A DNA stretch of 47,745 nucleotides, counting the filler, from Trypethelium eluteriae (lineage: Eukaryota), in NCBI GenBank assembly GCA_051942245.1. It is 2 parts of 2 records of this genome, joined end to end, with 100 filler letters (N's around TTAATTAATTAA, not from the genome) between each part and the next. Parts side by side here need not be neighbours in the genome. Positions count along the whole stretch, not along the records: positions 23,943 to 47,745 come from JAVECL010000415.1; 1 more part is not named here. One strand, written 5' to 3'. Of this stretch, positions 35,809-47,173 are shown one piece after another (the stretch's first letter is position 1; the number at the start of each line of letters is the position of its first letter). The translations under genes were made by a program, and so were the position numbers. The notes under the pieces are model-generated. The model searched no databases, had not been told where the DNA came from, and saw only the letters and a list, made by a program, of their open reading frames with translations.

Positions 35809-38800
35809 CTACTTTCTCATCTTTAAGCGAAGCTTCTTGAAGCTTCTATGTAGCTGAGATTTCGGTTCTTGTAAGGCGCTTAATATTGGCGGCTTATTGA
35901 TAACTTCCAACTCAGCCTGTTCAATCTCTAATGCTGCTATTTATTGCTCAATTTCCCGACAAATTTTTGAGGTCTGTCCCTGAGCAGCAGCAAATCCAGA
36001 CAATGCCTTAGTATACATTGTTATTGCCATATTTTCCCTCTTTGTTTCTGCGTAGAGAATGCCGAGATTGTACATAGTGTTCAAAACCGGTACATATGAT
36101 GATGTGTTCGTTCCAAGTGCCTCCTCATACCCTTGCAGCGCTCGTGTGTACATCTCCTCTGCCTCTGCCAGCTTGCCTTGGTTTTGGTAGAGGTTGCCTA
36201 GGTTGTTGACCGTACCAAGCGTCGATGTGTGCTTCGGTCCTAGTGCCTCCTCCTTTCCTTACAGCGCTCACATGTACATCCTCTCTGCCTTTGCTAGCTT
36301 GCCTTGGTTTTGGTAGAGGATGCCTAGGTTGTTGACCGTATCAAGCGTTGATGTGTGCTTCGGTCCTAGTGCCTCCTCCTTTCCTTGTAGCGCTCGCATG
36401 TACATCCTCTCTGCCTCTGCCAGCTTGCCTTGGTCGGCGTAGAGGAGGCCTAGGTTGTTGACCGTCTGGAGCGTCGATATGTGCTTCGGTCCCAGTGCCT
36501 CCTCCTTTCCTTGCAGCGCTCGCATGTACATCCTCTCTGCCTCTGCCAGCTTGCCTTGGTCGGTGTAGAGGATGCCTAGGTTGTTGACCGTCTGGAGCGT
36601 CGATATGTGCTTCGGTCCCAGTGCCTCCTCATACCCTTGCAGCGCTCGTGTGTACATCCTCTCTGCCTCTGCCAGCTTGCCTTGGTTTTTGTAGAGGATG
36701 CCTAGGTTGTTGACCGTATCAAGCGTTGATGTATGCTTCGGTCCCAGTGCCTCCTCCCTTCCTTGCAGCGCTCGTATGTACATCCCCTCTGCCTCTGCCA
36801 GCTTGCCTTGGTCGGCGTAAAGGTTGCCTAGGTTGTTGACCGTATCAAGCGTTGATGTGTGCTTCGGTCCTAGTGCCTCCTCCTTTCCTTGCAGCGCTCG
36901 CATGTACATCCTCTCTGCCTCTGCCAGCTTGCCTTGGTCGGTGTAGAGGATGCCTAGGTTGTTGACCGTATCAAGCGTCGATATGTGCTTCGGTCCTAGT
37001 GCCTCCTCCCTTCCTTGCAGCGCTCGCATGTACATCCTCTCTGCCTCTGCCAGCTTGCCTTGGTCGGCGTAGAGGCTACTGAGGCTGTGCAGAGTCCATT
37101 CCATTCCAGCTGTATTCACTTTGCCATTCGCTACAAAATTGTCGTGTCTCGTAGCATGAGCAAGAAGCCGCCGCTGAAGTAGCCACCACTTGTTCTCCTT
37201 ATTATCAGGAACCTCTAAAGCAATACAAGTCAGTGCTAGCCTTGCCAAACTCTCATCCCAGTCCTTGTTCAACACAGAGACGGTCCATGAATGTACACAG
37301 CTATGCATGCTGTACCCGCCCGATCCCACAGTTTCGTGGAGAGATGGATCCGCATCGACCAGTCCATAGTTGCACAGTATCCTGACAGCCGTATCAAAGC
37401 TGATTGTATCTTCGACAAGTGATTGCATCCAGTCGTTATCGGCAGAGTATCCGTGTTGGAGAAGCTCAAACCAGACGTCGTGTCGGTCAAAGTACGCCCA
37501 TAGCTTGAGCAACCTGGCTGACAGCACATTTTGTTGTTCAATCTGATCAAGCGATAGCTGCCACGTTGTATGTAATGATCGATCTTCATACGAGGTCAAC
37601 TGGGGACTAGTAGTCTGTAATTTCAACCATGATGCCTTGTACAGTCGGAGATATTCGGAGAAAGTTGTCGTTACCTGCTCTAGATATGCACCAGCTGTTG
37701 ATAGAGCAAGTGGTAGGCCATCAAGTTCTTTGGTAAGCTCCACAGCAGCAGGATCTTATTTGTTAGCGCAGCTTCAACTCGGAGATCTCGGATAACATAC
37801 CGTCCATAATCCCCCGTCGACCGGAGGCATTCGACAAGATCTCAAGGCTGTCGTGAGTATCTACCAACTTCTTGACCTGTATTCGGTAACCTAGAGCCAC
37901 TCTTGACAATCGCGTCGTAATAATAACCGAGCCATGGTCAGACTCGGGAAGAAAGCGAAGGAGATCCAGTGTAGATTCGTCTTTATCGCCAGATAATCGA
38001 GGATTATCATAGTTATCATAGATCAGTAGCCAGTGCGTGTTCTTTGAGAGATTAAGCCAGTTCATAACTGCTCTGACTACATCGTCGAGGTCTTCCGAGT
38101 CCACACTAGTAGACACAGAGGCTGTAGGCTGATCTCTAGTTATCTGTTGATTTATTTGGCCAAAACTCAGCTTGAGGGAATCTTTATTGCTCGCATTCAC
38201 CCAAAATATCGCCGTGTATTTTTCCTTATGCCTATGAGCATATGCCACGGCCAGCTGAGTCTTACCGATACCCCCAAGACCATTTAAAACAACAGCAGAA
38301 CGATTAGGATGGCCATAAAGGAGTCGATGCATTTCTGTGAGCTCCTTTTGCCTTCCAACAAGTTGTACTGCTTCGGGAATATGGGTAAGACTAAGAACAA
38401 TAATAAACCGCTCGAACTCAGCTCCTGTGCTCGTCAACGCTCTGAAATCACATAGTATTATCTCTCGCCTACTGGAGAATACGCTGTAGACAAGATTGCT
38501 TACCCTTATGAGACTTGTCGATCTCTTCACAAAGCCGTTTCATTGCTTTCTCCTTCCCCTCGCCATAGAGCAATGGCATCGAGATATCGAAGATGCCGAG
38601 TAGAGAATATGCTTCATCTTCTGGTTCCTTAGTACGTCGATGAGATGCCCATGACATCTTTTCATGAAAGCTAAAGTCAGTTAACAAGCCCTGCCTTAAC
38701 ACACTTGTCGGAATCCCAGTAATATTGTATATCATTGTCTCTAAGGTTAACTTATCACCAAGTCGCTTGCCCTCTGAGCTGAAGAACTCGACCGAAGTTG

Positions 38801-39251
38801 GTGCGATCAGCTCTTGCAGCGTCCAGCCTCGAGTGAACCACCAACTCTTCCTGAATGCCAACTCCCATGCGTTATCAGGCTGCCAGGTGCCTGCATTGCC
38901 ATTTTGTATTGGCACATCGGAGAGATATACGTAACATCGTGCCGCCTTCTGATACCAGCGGAACATTGAAGTGATGGCCTTGGAGAGCTCGGTATTGTTT
39001 CTCTTGTCGATGCAGCAAGTATCGACCCAGAAGTATCGGAGCCCATCAGTCATTGCTTGTTCTGCGCAAAATCGTATCTTCTTGTAGCCAGCCTTGCTCT
39101 TGCTGATGCCAGCTTCGACATCTTGATAGCGAACCTCCTCCGTGTTGTCGATAGCCCAGGTGTGGGACAGGACCGCATAGGCAGGAACATCTTCGTCGCT
39201 GAACTCGCGAAGCATCAGCTCGTCGTTGGACTTGCGCTCGAGGAGGCGCAT
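35809..39251 (-). CDS. Fungal NLR-like protein: HET effector, NB-ARC, TPR repeats; 3 exons. The open frame now ends at a premature TGA (36268); the ancestral stop is at 35809
   Basis: HET motifs YAVLSHTW, WVDTCCIDK, SMFRWY and WFTRGWTLQEL. P-loop GLGGIGKT, Walker B LLIYDNYD, ITTR and GLPLAL. Introns about 38426-38503 and 37755-37800. 42-aa TPR units. Confidence 0.9.
36070..37080 (-). repeat. Tandem array of about eight 126-bp TPR repeats with high internal identity
   Basis: Unit LYxxQGKLAEAERMYxRALQGxEEALGPKHxSTLxTVNNLGx, nearly identical at the DNA level. Confidence 0.95.
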
Positions 39252-41663
39252 TGCGATGCGTTGGGTGACCAAGGCTGGCAAATATGCTTGTGTAGCAGAC
39301 ACTATCTGCGCCGCTCATCGCACTCACCAACATCGAGCATACAGTTGAGGCATCCGTGGGAAACCAGGAATACAGGATCGTGTGGATTGAAAAGAAGTAA
39401 TGCTGCTGATTTTCGATGCCACTGCTGAGGAAGGACGGGCGCAACATGATGTTAGTATGCAGGGTAGCAAGGCAGTAATCGTGGCGGCGAATTGAGAGCA
39501 CTATCACAGCGAACGTACTGTGTACGCGCCGTCGATGTGGCTAGAAGGCCCTGCATAGCCACAGCTAGATAACCTTGCCAGACTAGCATAAACTGCATAA
39601 AGGATATTACACTGCGATGGCCGTATCAGAAATGCGGGGTTGCGTCCTGCTAGTTGAAAGTGGTAAGTTAATTGCATCAAATTGGAGGTACCAAATCGCA
39701 TAGCGGCGTTGCACTTGTTTGCCTCTTATAGTCGCTACAGGGTTACTATCAATTTCATAACATAATCAGTAACAAGATTGCTAAACTCAGCAATAACTAA
39801 CCTGATGCATCATGGATGATGAGAACTTAGGAATGAACTACAGTCCCTAGAATAGAATTATACAGCATAGGGAGGTTCTAGACTTATTAAGCAATTAAGC
39901 GCCAACACGAATGTAATATCGAGGTATGAACTGCTACGAAAGCTTAGGAGTGGCTACTGTGTCAATATATATAGCGGTATAGAAATGTAGACATGAGTGC
40001 AAGCTCGAGAGCGTCGCAAAGTCGAAGTATCTGCAATTTGTCCCGTATCGGGGGGTTGTCCACGACGCAGGGACGGATGTTACTGAATTGGATCTTCAAT
40101 CTCGGGGCCCATAGGGTTCACGTCGAGCATCGAGCTCAGCCGAAGCATAAAACGGACATGCCTTCTCATGCTCTGCTGTTAAATACGTCGCATAAAAAGC
40201 AACATCGAGGAGCGAGTCTGTAACTTACCGCTGGGATTTTTCGGCACGGCGGGGTATTCGCCACGCAAGGACGGACGTTAGCACACATACGTCCTCGCAA
40301 CTTGCACAGCTGGCGCCTATCCTATGCATTTTGGTAATGCCGGCTTTTGGAATTATGCCGTTTTTCCTACTCTCTTTATCTTCGTCTCGCGCCCGTTCTA
40401 TCTTCATCTACAATGAGATACAGAACAAACATCTATCAATCAACATTCCTTTCTAACTAGTACTCTACCTCAGCGTAGGTACGTATTCTAGAGCAGCGCG
40501 TGCACCTTCACACTTGTCATACCTCTCATCCTCAGTGCCAAACAGTAGACTCCAATTTTGGAAGCTCCCGGCTTCCACATCCGGTATGAACGTCGGCAGT
40601 GAGACCCAGAATGTAGTAATGGAGGAAGGACTATCGTAAGGTGGGGATGTCTCTTGCTAAGTTGCTATTGCTAAATTGAATAAATTTTGGTGTAGATTTG
40701 GGAGAGATTCCTTGGAGAATGGTTACTGTGTACAGATCGACTGCCTGAGGATCAACTTACGACTGCGACTGTGACTGCGACCGCGCGGATGATACGGCCG
40801 TAGGGAAATGAGGAAGCAGACCGGTGGCGCGTCTATGCAACAAGGAGAAAGAAAAGGAGGGGAAAGGAATTGAGAGTAAAATGGAACAGAAGCGGGTGAG
40901 GTGGGAGTTTATAAGTTATGGGTCCCCTACGAGTAAGTACGGGTGCAGGGGTGCGGCTGTGTCGACGATACCGTATCGGGCCATTCTACCCCCCCGAAAA
41001 GGCAGTCTCTATTTCCCGATACAATTTCGCCGTGTCCATTTTTATTTTTAAAATCCGTAGCTTCTTTAATATTTAAGACCACCACTAACATTTTTCCTCC
41101 CGTTCAAATTCTGATAGTGTCGTCCGGCGAAGTTTAGCCGGCTATTACGCAGAGTCGGAGTCGGCGAAATACCTACCGTAGCCCTCCGTTGATAATTGAA
41201 CAAGGCCTTCTGAGACCTTTAATCATCTCACAATCGTTTACGGAGCGCGCCCTCTGACCCATTTATTCTTTCTCTCCCTCCCTTCCACCGCCTTTTCTCC
41301 TCTTCCACTGACTGACCTCCCTTCTCATCTCTCTCCATCGCGGCTTCCTACGATACCCCCAGTTTACGAGCAATCTGTGGTATGTTTCGGATGATGATAT
41401 TAGTCTATCGCTAGTGAACATCATTGGTCAAATGGACCTTCCATTTGAAAGAAGAATCACCGGCCTCCTTCCGGTGTCAGAAATGGAGAGTAAAAGACAT
41501 TCCCGACGGAACTGCCAAAGATAATTCGCCGGCGACAAATGTCTAGTCAGCGCCTACGAAACTCAAATCCCGATGCTACTCAAGGCCATCATTGTCCAGC
41601 ATCTCCGCTTGCTGCAGCTCTTCCTCCTGCTGTTGTTGACTTCTCCCCTCCGTTTTTAAGTTC

Positions 41664-43838
41664 TCACGGCTTTGCCTGCCTTAATGGTCTGGAGGGTGTT
41701 GGTTGGCACGGATGGATCGTTTGCTGTGGGCGCGTGTGTTTATGTTCTGTCATCTTTCTATACTCTACTTTTTGCTCCTCGCTAGAAAGACAATTACGAG
41801 GTGTTTGGATAACCTTTGTGGTAGCAGCTGCCAACTCTCCTATACCTTGAACAGTTGCTAGAAGACGTGTAAAATCGCTTATATTTTCGAAGGTTGTGGG
41901 AATCTCGTACTCTGATTCGTGTAGATAAGCATAACATCCCCTTGGAATCAAGCGCATAACCGTGCATCGTCTGCGGTATGAAAGAATACTGACGACGCCG
42001 ATTTGCTGAGTTAAAGGCGGATAAGAAAAGACCTTAGTGGTTAAGACCCATAGCATATCTTTTAGTATCCTTCGTAACTTGAGGCCATCGGAGAGTAGCT
42101 TCGTTTTGTATGCCTGGGTGGATAAAGTGGCTTTATGTGCACCTAGTTTAAATACGTCAGGTGCAACAGCATGTATTATGCCGTCCAATTTTTTGCCGCC
42201 GAGTTGATTTGTCATACTGTCGCTAGTCCGGTCTTTGTTGTTTTGAGCAGCGGTAGCTTTATCTTCCATCTCGGCCCTATCAAAATATTAGCATATTAAA
42301 TAGGTATTAAGGTATATACCTTATCGTACCGATTCACTCTAAGCTTTTTGGAAACAGCACGTATACCGTCGTTGAAGACCCGTCCCCATATCGTGACATT
42401 GTACCACTGTTCATTTTTGTTCTCGTTTGAACCAAGATCGTGATGGTACCATCGATCAGTAAGCATGTTAAGGGTAGTCGCAAGCCATCTTTGTATGCAT
42501 TCACAAAGTGCTACCCATTTACCTTTGCTCGACAATACATCGCAAGAGAGATCTTGAAGCATGCTTTGGGCAACCAGCTCATCCTCCGCGTACTCAATCT
42601 TATTGACTTCCTTGATAAATTCGGCAAAAACAGATTCGGTAGGCGGGATTTGAAAGAGTGCTTCAAGAGACTCAATCTCATTGCCAAAGGCTTTCCTAAT
42701 ACCTTCTTGGTCTATATAGACGATCTGTGACTTGAGCAGCAGAGTTACTTCTTGATCCTTTAGAATTTCTTCCGCGAATACCCCAGAAGGCAATCTAAAC
42801 CATAATTCTTTTGATTCTTGATCAGGTCTTACAATGTGCAACTCCTCTTCCGTTCTGACTTCGATCTTTTCTGTGGCATCTTTGGCTTCCAAGTTAGTAG
42901 GGCCGCTGCATTCATCAACAGTACGGTCGGGTTTTGCCCGCTTTGGTGTACAAGGATCTGCCTCTTCATCATATCCAGATCTTTTATTGCGCTCTATGTC
43001 TGTTTGGCTCTGACGCTCACGTTTTCCAATTGTTGCCGTAACATTGTCGCCAAAGTTAATAAACTCGGCAGGTGCGTAGTTGCTGTTATAGGTATTCTGG
43101 GTATGGGGTGTTACTTCCGTGTTTCAACCTCGTTGACGTAGAGCTCTTGCGGCCTAGATCAATTAGCAGATATCTATTCAAGTAACAGTAGCTTTAGAAT
43201 TGTATCTTCTCATCAGGGTTTCTGTGACTCAAATAGGGTCCAGTCTTACATAAGGTGAATCCAAGCAAGTAGCCTAGAAAACACCTCCCTTTGTTTAAAA
43301 AGATATCTCAATTCCCTCCATTAAATTCTTATGGGGCTTCTATGAACCAAATAGGCTCCAGTCTCACTAAAAGTAAATCTAACCAAATAGGCTAAAAAAT
43401 ACCTCCCATTTAGATTGGAGCCCCTTCAACTGGAATCTTCTAATGGGGCTTCTGCGAACCAAGTAGGCTCCAGTCTCGCTTTAAGTAAATCTCACCAAGT
43501 AGGCAAGAAAATACTTCCCAGGAAAAGATTATGACCCAGTTATAATTCGGGTAGCTACTGCTTAAAAAGTAAACTGACATATTACATACCGGGCTGCAAT
43601 AATTGTTCAATTCTTCGCCTGCTTGGTTGCGGTTATCTGCTGAGAAACAAGCATTATCACAGGGTAATCGTATAGTTTGGAGGCTTTTTGTATACTGGTC
43701 TCCATCTAGACCAGTTTCAGAGGCGGTTTTGGTAACATTAACGAATTTTCGCCACTCCCATTCGGATGCGTCTCGGTCGTAGAAAAAGTCGTGAACTCTT
43801 CTGTGAATGTCACATTCACCACGTGTACATCTCCCCAT
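41664..43838 (-). pseudogene. Three-exon gene for a probable PD-(D/E)XK-fold protein, with one in-frame stop
   Basis: ORFs 43440..43838, 42296..42892 and 41664..42269 join in frame through GT-AG introns 43154-43589 and about 42277-42329. TGA at 43124-43126. Motifs FRLPSG, EQWYNVTIW, GKKLDGII and TKLLSDGLKLRRILKDM. Confidence 0.65.
43213..43519. repeat. Three diverged ~115-bp tandem repeats inside an intron
   Basis: The core ggggcttct..gaaccaa.taggctccagtctc....aagtaaatct.accaa.taggc.a.aaaatac.tccc recurs at about 43213, 43330 and 43442. Confidence 0.85.
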
Positions 43839-44015
43839 AACGGACCATGGTCCACTGTTGAAGAAATAGAAGTGGTATGTTGGGTACGCGCGTTACTGGG
43901 TCAGCTCTTGACAACGCGTTTTGGCGAAAGCTAACATCACGTGACAGATTGGGAGCCATAGGTACCTAGGTACCTACCTAAGCACGTGCTAAGGTACGCG
44001 GCACCCGTAGTCAGA

Positions 44016-44445
44016 TTGTGGGTGCAACGCTTAAACGCTCTCAGCTCTGGTCGCACATTCGGGTGGTACCTCTTGTAGAGAATATGCGCCTGCAACGACC
44101 CGACATTGGCGAGCATACGAGCGCGGATGGATTCGTTGTGTGGGACCAACGAGATCTGGCAATGGACAACGGCGTTGTGGCGCTGGCTGCGGAAGCCTTT
44201 CCAAACCTACGGCGTAAGATCCTACCTCTCGAAATGCTCCGGTATGCCGCTATCCCCCCAAAAATGACATGCTGGTAGCAATCAACGACACGCTCCTTGA
44301 CGCGATACCGGGCGCCGTATTCGTGTCGGAGTCGATTGATTTCTGCAAGGACCCCGACAACGCAGCCTCCTTCCCTCCTGAGTTCCTTCATACGATGCAA
44401 CTCCCTACCCTGCCTCCCCACGCGCTGCGTCTGAAGCTCGGTAAC
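44016..44445 (+). mobile_element. Helitron-type PIF1 helicase fragment, frameshifted
   Basis: VGATLKRSQLWSHIRVVPLVENMR, then AIPPKNDMLVAINDTLLDAIPG...SID...FPPEFLHTMQLPTLPPHALRLKLG. This matches the PIF1 C-terminal pattern LxxNMR...PxN...N...PG...PxEFL...LPPHxLxLK. Confidence 0.85.
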
Positions 44446-45596
44446 CAAGGTCAAGTATGTTGGCCTCATCTGGTAGTGGTAACATTCTGGCGAGTTTAGC
44501 GGCTTGGATGTCATCCATATGCCTCTGGAGCTGGAACCTTATTTCGTTCCCTACACATTCTGTATAGGCTCGGAGTTCGGCCTGGAACAATATCGGTCAG
44601 CATGGTTCGTGCGAAGCGGTGTGAGCGAATCATAGCGCTCAATGCCATGATCTGAGCAAGTTGGATCGGCTTGACTTGCGAAAAAAGTAGAAACAGAGAG
44701 ACACTGCCAGTGCTTGAAGCTGTCCGCTTGGAAGAGCTGGCAAAGAGTAGGAAGTGAAACCGGCAGACAATGAGAAGAAAGGAAACTTCCGCGAGCAGTC
44801 GCAAGTGCGGACTGCTTAATAGCAAACAGCAGGGCTTGTGGGTCGTGAGAAGAAGTGGAGAGTGGACGACGCTGAAACGCTTTCGGAGGGATCTTGAGAT
44901 CGAGATCGTCTGACTGAGGAGAGTGCAAGAGGGAGCCGAGCGTTGCTGGCGCCGAAGAAACCCGAAGGTAGGTCGCGCGCTTGAGGCTGTTCGGCAGCAG
45001 AAGTTCGACGAGACGCTCGATCGACGCGAAGAGCGAGACGTTGAGGTAGTAAGTCAAAGATCGAAGTCTCGCGCCAACAATCCTCTCAGTGGGTCACCTG
45101 CGGTGAATGATCTGATCCGGAGTCTCTCACTTTGCTGCCTAACGCGTACACGCCGTCCACTTTACTACGACGCGTCCTGTCATATAAGAGGCCCACTTTC
45201 GTGTGCTCAAAAGCTTTGCTCTGTTCTCGTACGCTGTCTCTCTCTCTTACACCATCTACTCTCTGCTCGCGCGACCTGGTCTACCGGTCTCCCATTTCAG
45301 CTTTCTTTCTTCAGCTTATCAAAGCTCTCTCTCCGTCACTCTTCTCTCTTGCTCTCGCGACCGCGCCATCCTTCGCGACCTGAAATCGCCTTGCCACAAT
45401 GTCGTCTCCACCAGGACATTCTGACCTGCGCGGATCACGTCCACCTGATGCTCAGGGTTTGAATCATAAATTGATTCACCTTTGGAATCTAAGCCGCCCT
45501 TCCCTTCTTGTGTGAGTCTCTGTACTGTTGTAGTTACGGATGGTGTTTTCAGTCTTTAATTGAAAGAACGGTACCGAGGTCAAGAAAAGCGACCTT

Positions 45597-45990
45597 TTGT
45601 CCCTGCTTTGGACTGCCTGTACTGTCTCTCAGAATAAGGGCGACATTAATCTACTTACGTCGTGGGTTTTGGCGACGACAAATGATCCAACAAACGGCGC
45701 AGGTCTACTGCCTGCTTTTCGCATCGTCCGTGAGCCAGAATCTCGCAACCGTAACGTGGCTTCCTTCAATACCTCGCGCAAAGATCGCCAGCAGCTCCTG
45801 ACTGGGATTTTGTCATATTGCTCAATGGGCTACAAACCAAACAACCCGTCGTGTGGCAATTGTGTTGCTAGCAATGGACCTTTTACAGTCTATGCCAAGC
45901 TTTATGTAGCCGAGGGCGTGCCTTTTGAGAATGGAAGCTGCACCAATTGTGTGTTTACTGGCAAGAAGGATTGTAGTGGTAAGTCGTTCT
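45597..45990 (+). CDS. Cys-rich DUF3716-like ORF, possibly degenerate; start and end uncertain
   Basis: CGNC....GPFTVY......GSCTNC......CS followed by a GTAAGT donor. Matches the C-x2-C...GPF...C-x-N-C...CS pattern. Confidence 0.55.
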
Positions 45991-46204
45991 ATCCGTTGTG
46001 TTCCAGCAATTGCTTACGCTGGGTTTCAGAGAAGACACGACCCGGCGGCGCATCGCGACCTAGAGCATCGGCGCCTAAGGCGGAATTGCATCGTCTCCGA
46101 ATTGCGACGCGCGACAGGACCTTTCTATGGTTCAGTCTCCTAGAGGTGGACGGCAGGGTGAATTCGGAGTCGCTCAATGCTCTCGATGTTTGTGGCCCTT
46201 TGCC

Positions 46205-47173
46205 TACTGAATAGCCGGGGTATATCGCGGTACCTAAGCCCTGCTTGTTGGAACTTATCAGAACCCTTTCTGACTTCCAGCAGATTTTCAATTGGCATGA
46301 TACTACTGGGATGCAGTTTTACTCAAACGTCGTCCAGCACCTCAAAATACTTCGAGTCCAACATAGGCTGACTACGCCATACTATCCCCAAACAAATGGA
46401 AAAGTCGAACGCTTTAACGGCACACTGGGCGAAGCCCTCACGAAGATGTGTATTGGCGAAAGTGTCCACAATTGGGACTCGCATGTCCCTGTTGCTTTAT
46501 TCGCCGCTCGAGTACGCCAGCATTCAGTGATGAAAGAGTCTCCATACTACCTTGTTTACGGTCGACATCCATGATTACCTGACGATACGAACGAACCCGC
46601 GAATCTCGACGAAACCTTAGAACAACGCCTCAAATGCGTACGACATGCCCGAGACCTCACGAACGACCTCCTTCTTGACAAACCCATCCTCACCGAACGT
46701 ATACCGAAAGATAGAGTTACAACAGAGATGGGTTCGAGGTACAATGTTGGCAACTGGGTATTAGTTCGTAATGAGCAGAAGACAAAGTTTCAACCTCACT
46801 GGATTGGTCCGTACGAGATGACGAAAGCAAGTTCATTGGGAACGTATTAAATAGAAACTCCAGAGGGTAACGCGATAAAGCATCTCTTCCACGGCTCACG
46901 TCTTATCCGCGTGCGAGCAGATAACCCTACCTAATTCTGGTCGAAGCCTCAGATACACCAACAAGCGCAGCAGTTCAGTATAGGCCCCTCAACACCAGAG
47001 CTCGATGAGGTTCTCAACCGAGAAGCAGTCGATACAATGCCGGCCTTCGACGAACTCGCGGAATTTAAGAGAGCAGAATGAACACAGCAGTTACGGGACA
47101 TACAAATTAGGCGGGCGAATGCTGCTCCAAACGCCGACCTACACGCGGACGTGCAGGATCTGGTAGGGGAGGA
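46205..47173 (+). mobile_element. Decayed Ty3/Gypsy LTR-retrotransposon integrase and pol C-terminus
   Basis: HRLTTPYYPQTNGKVERFNGTL, W......LFAAR, SPYYLVYGRHP, VGNWVLVR and KFQPHWIGPY (GPY/F module). Contains in-frame stops and an internal deletion. Confidence 0.9.

Noticed and set aside
23943..37080. Regular repeats that superficially resemble CRISPR arrays
   Set aside because: They are in-frame coding ANK (99 bp) and TPR (126 bp) units without unique spacers, in a eukaryote with no cas genes.
35809..39251. Amyloid signalling motif or adjacent HeLo/gasdermin effector for the NLRs
   Set aside because: Both NLRs carry integrated effector domains (HET, PNP), and I saw no amyloid motif or partner effector gene.
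39990..41640. Possible small spliced minus-strand gene and short inverted motifs (cgatac-c-gtatcg, gtatcggg/cccgatac, tttcgccg/cggcgaaa)
   Set aside because: No start-to-stop model could be built and the inverted repeats are only 6-8 bp, within chance expectation.
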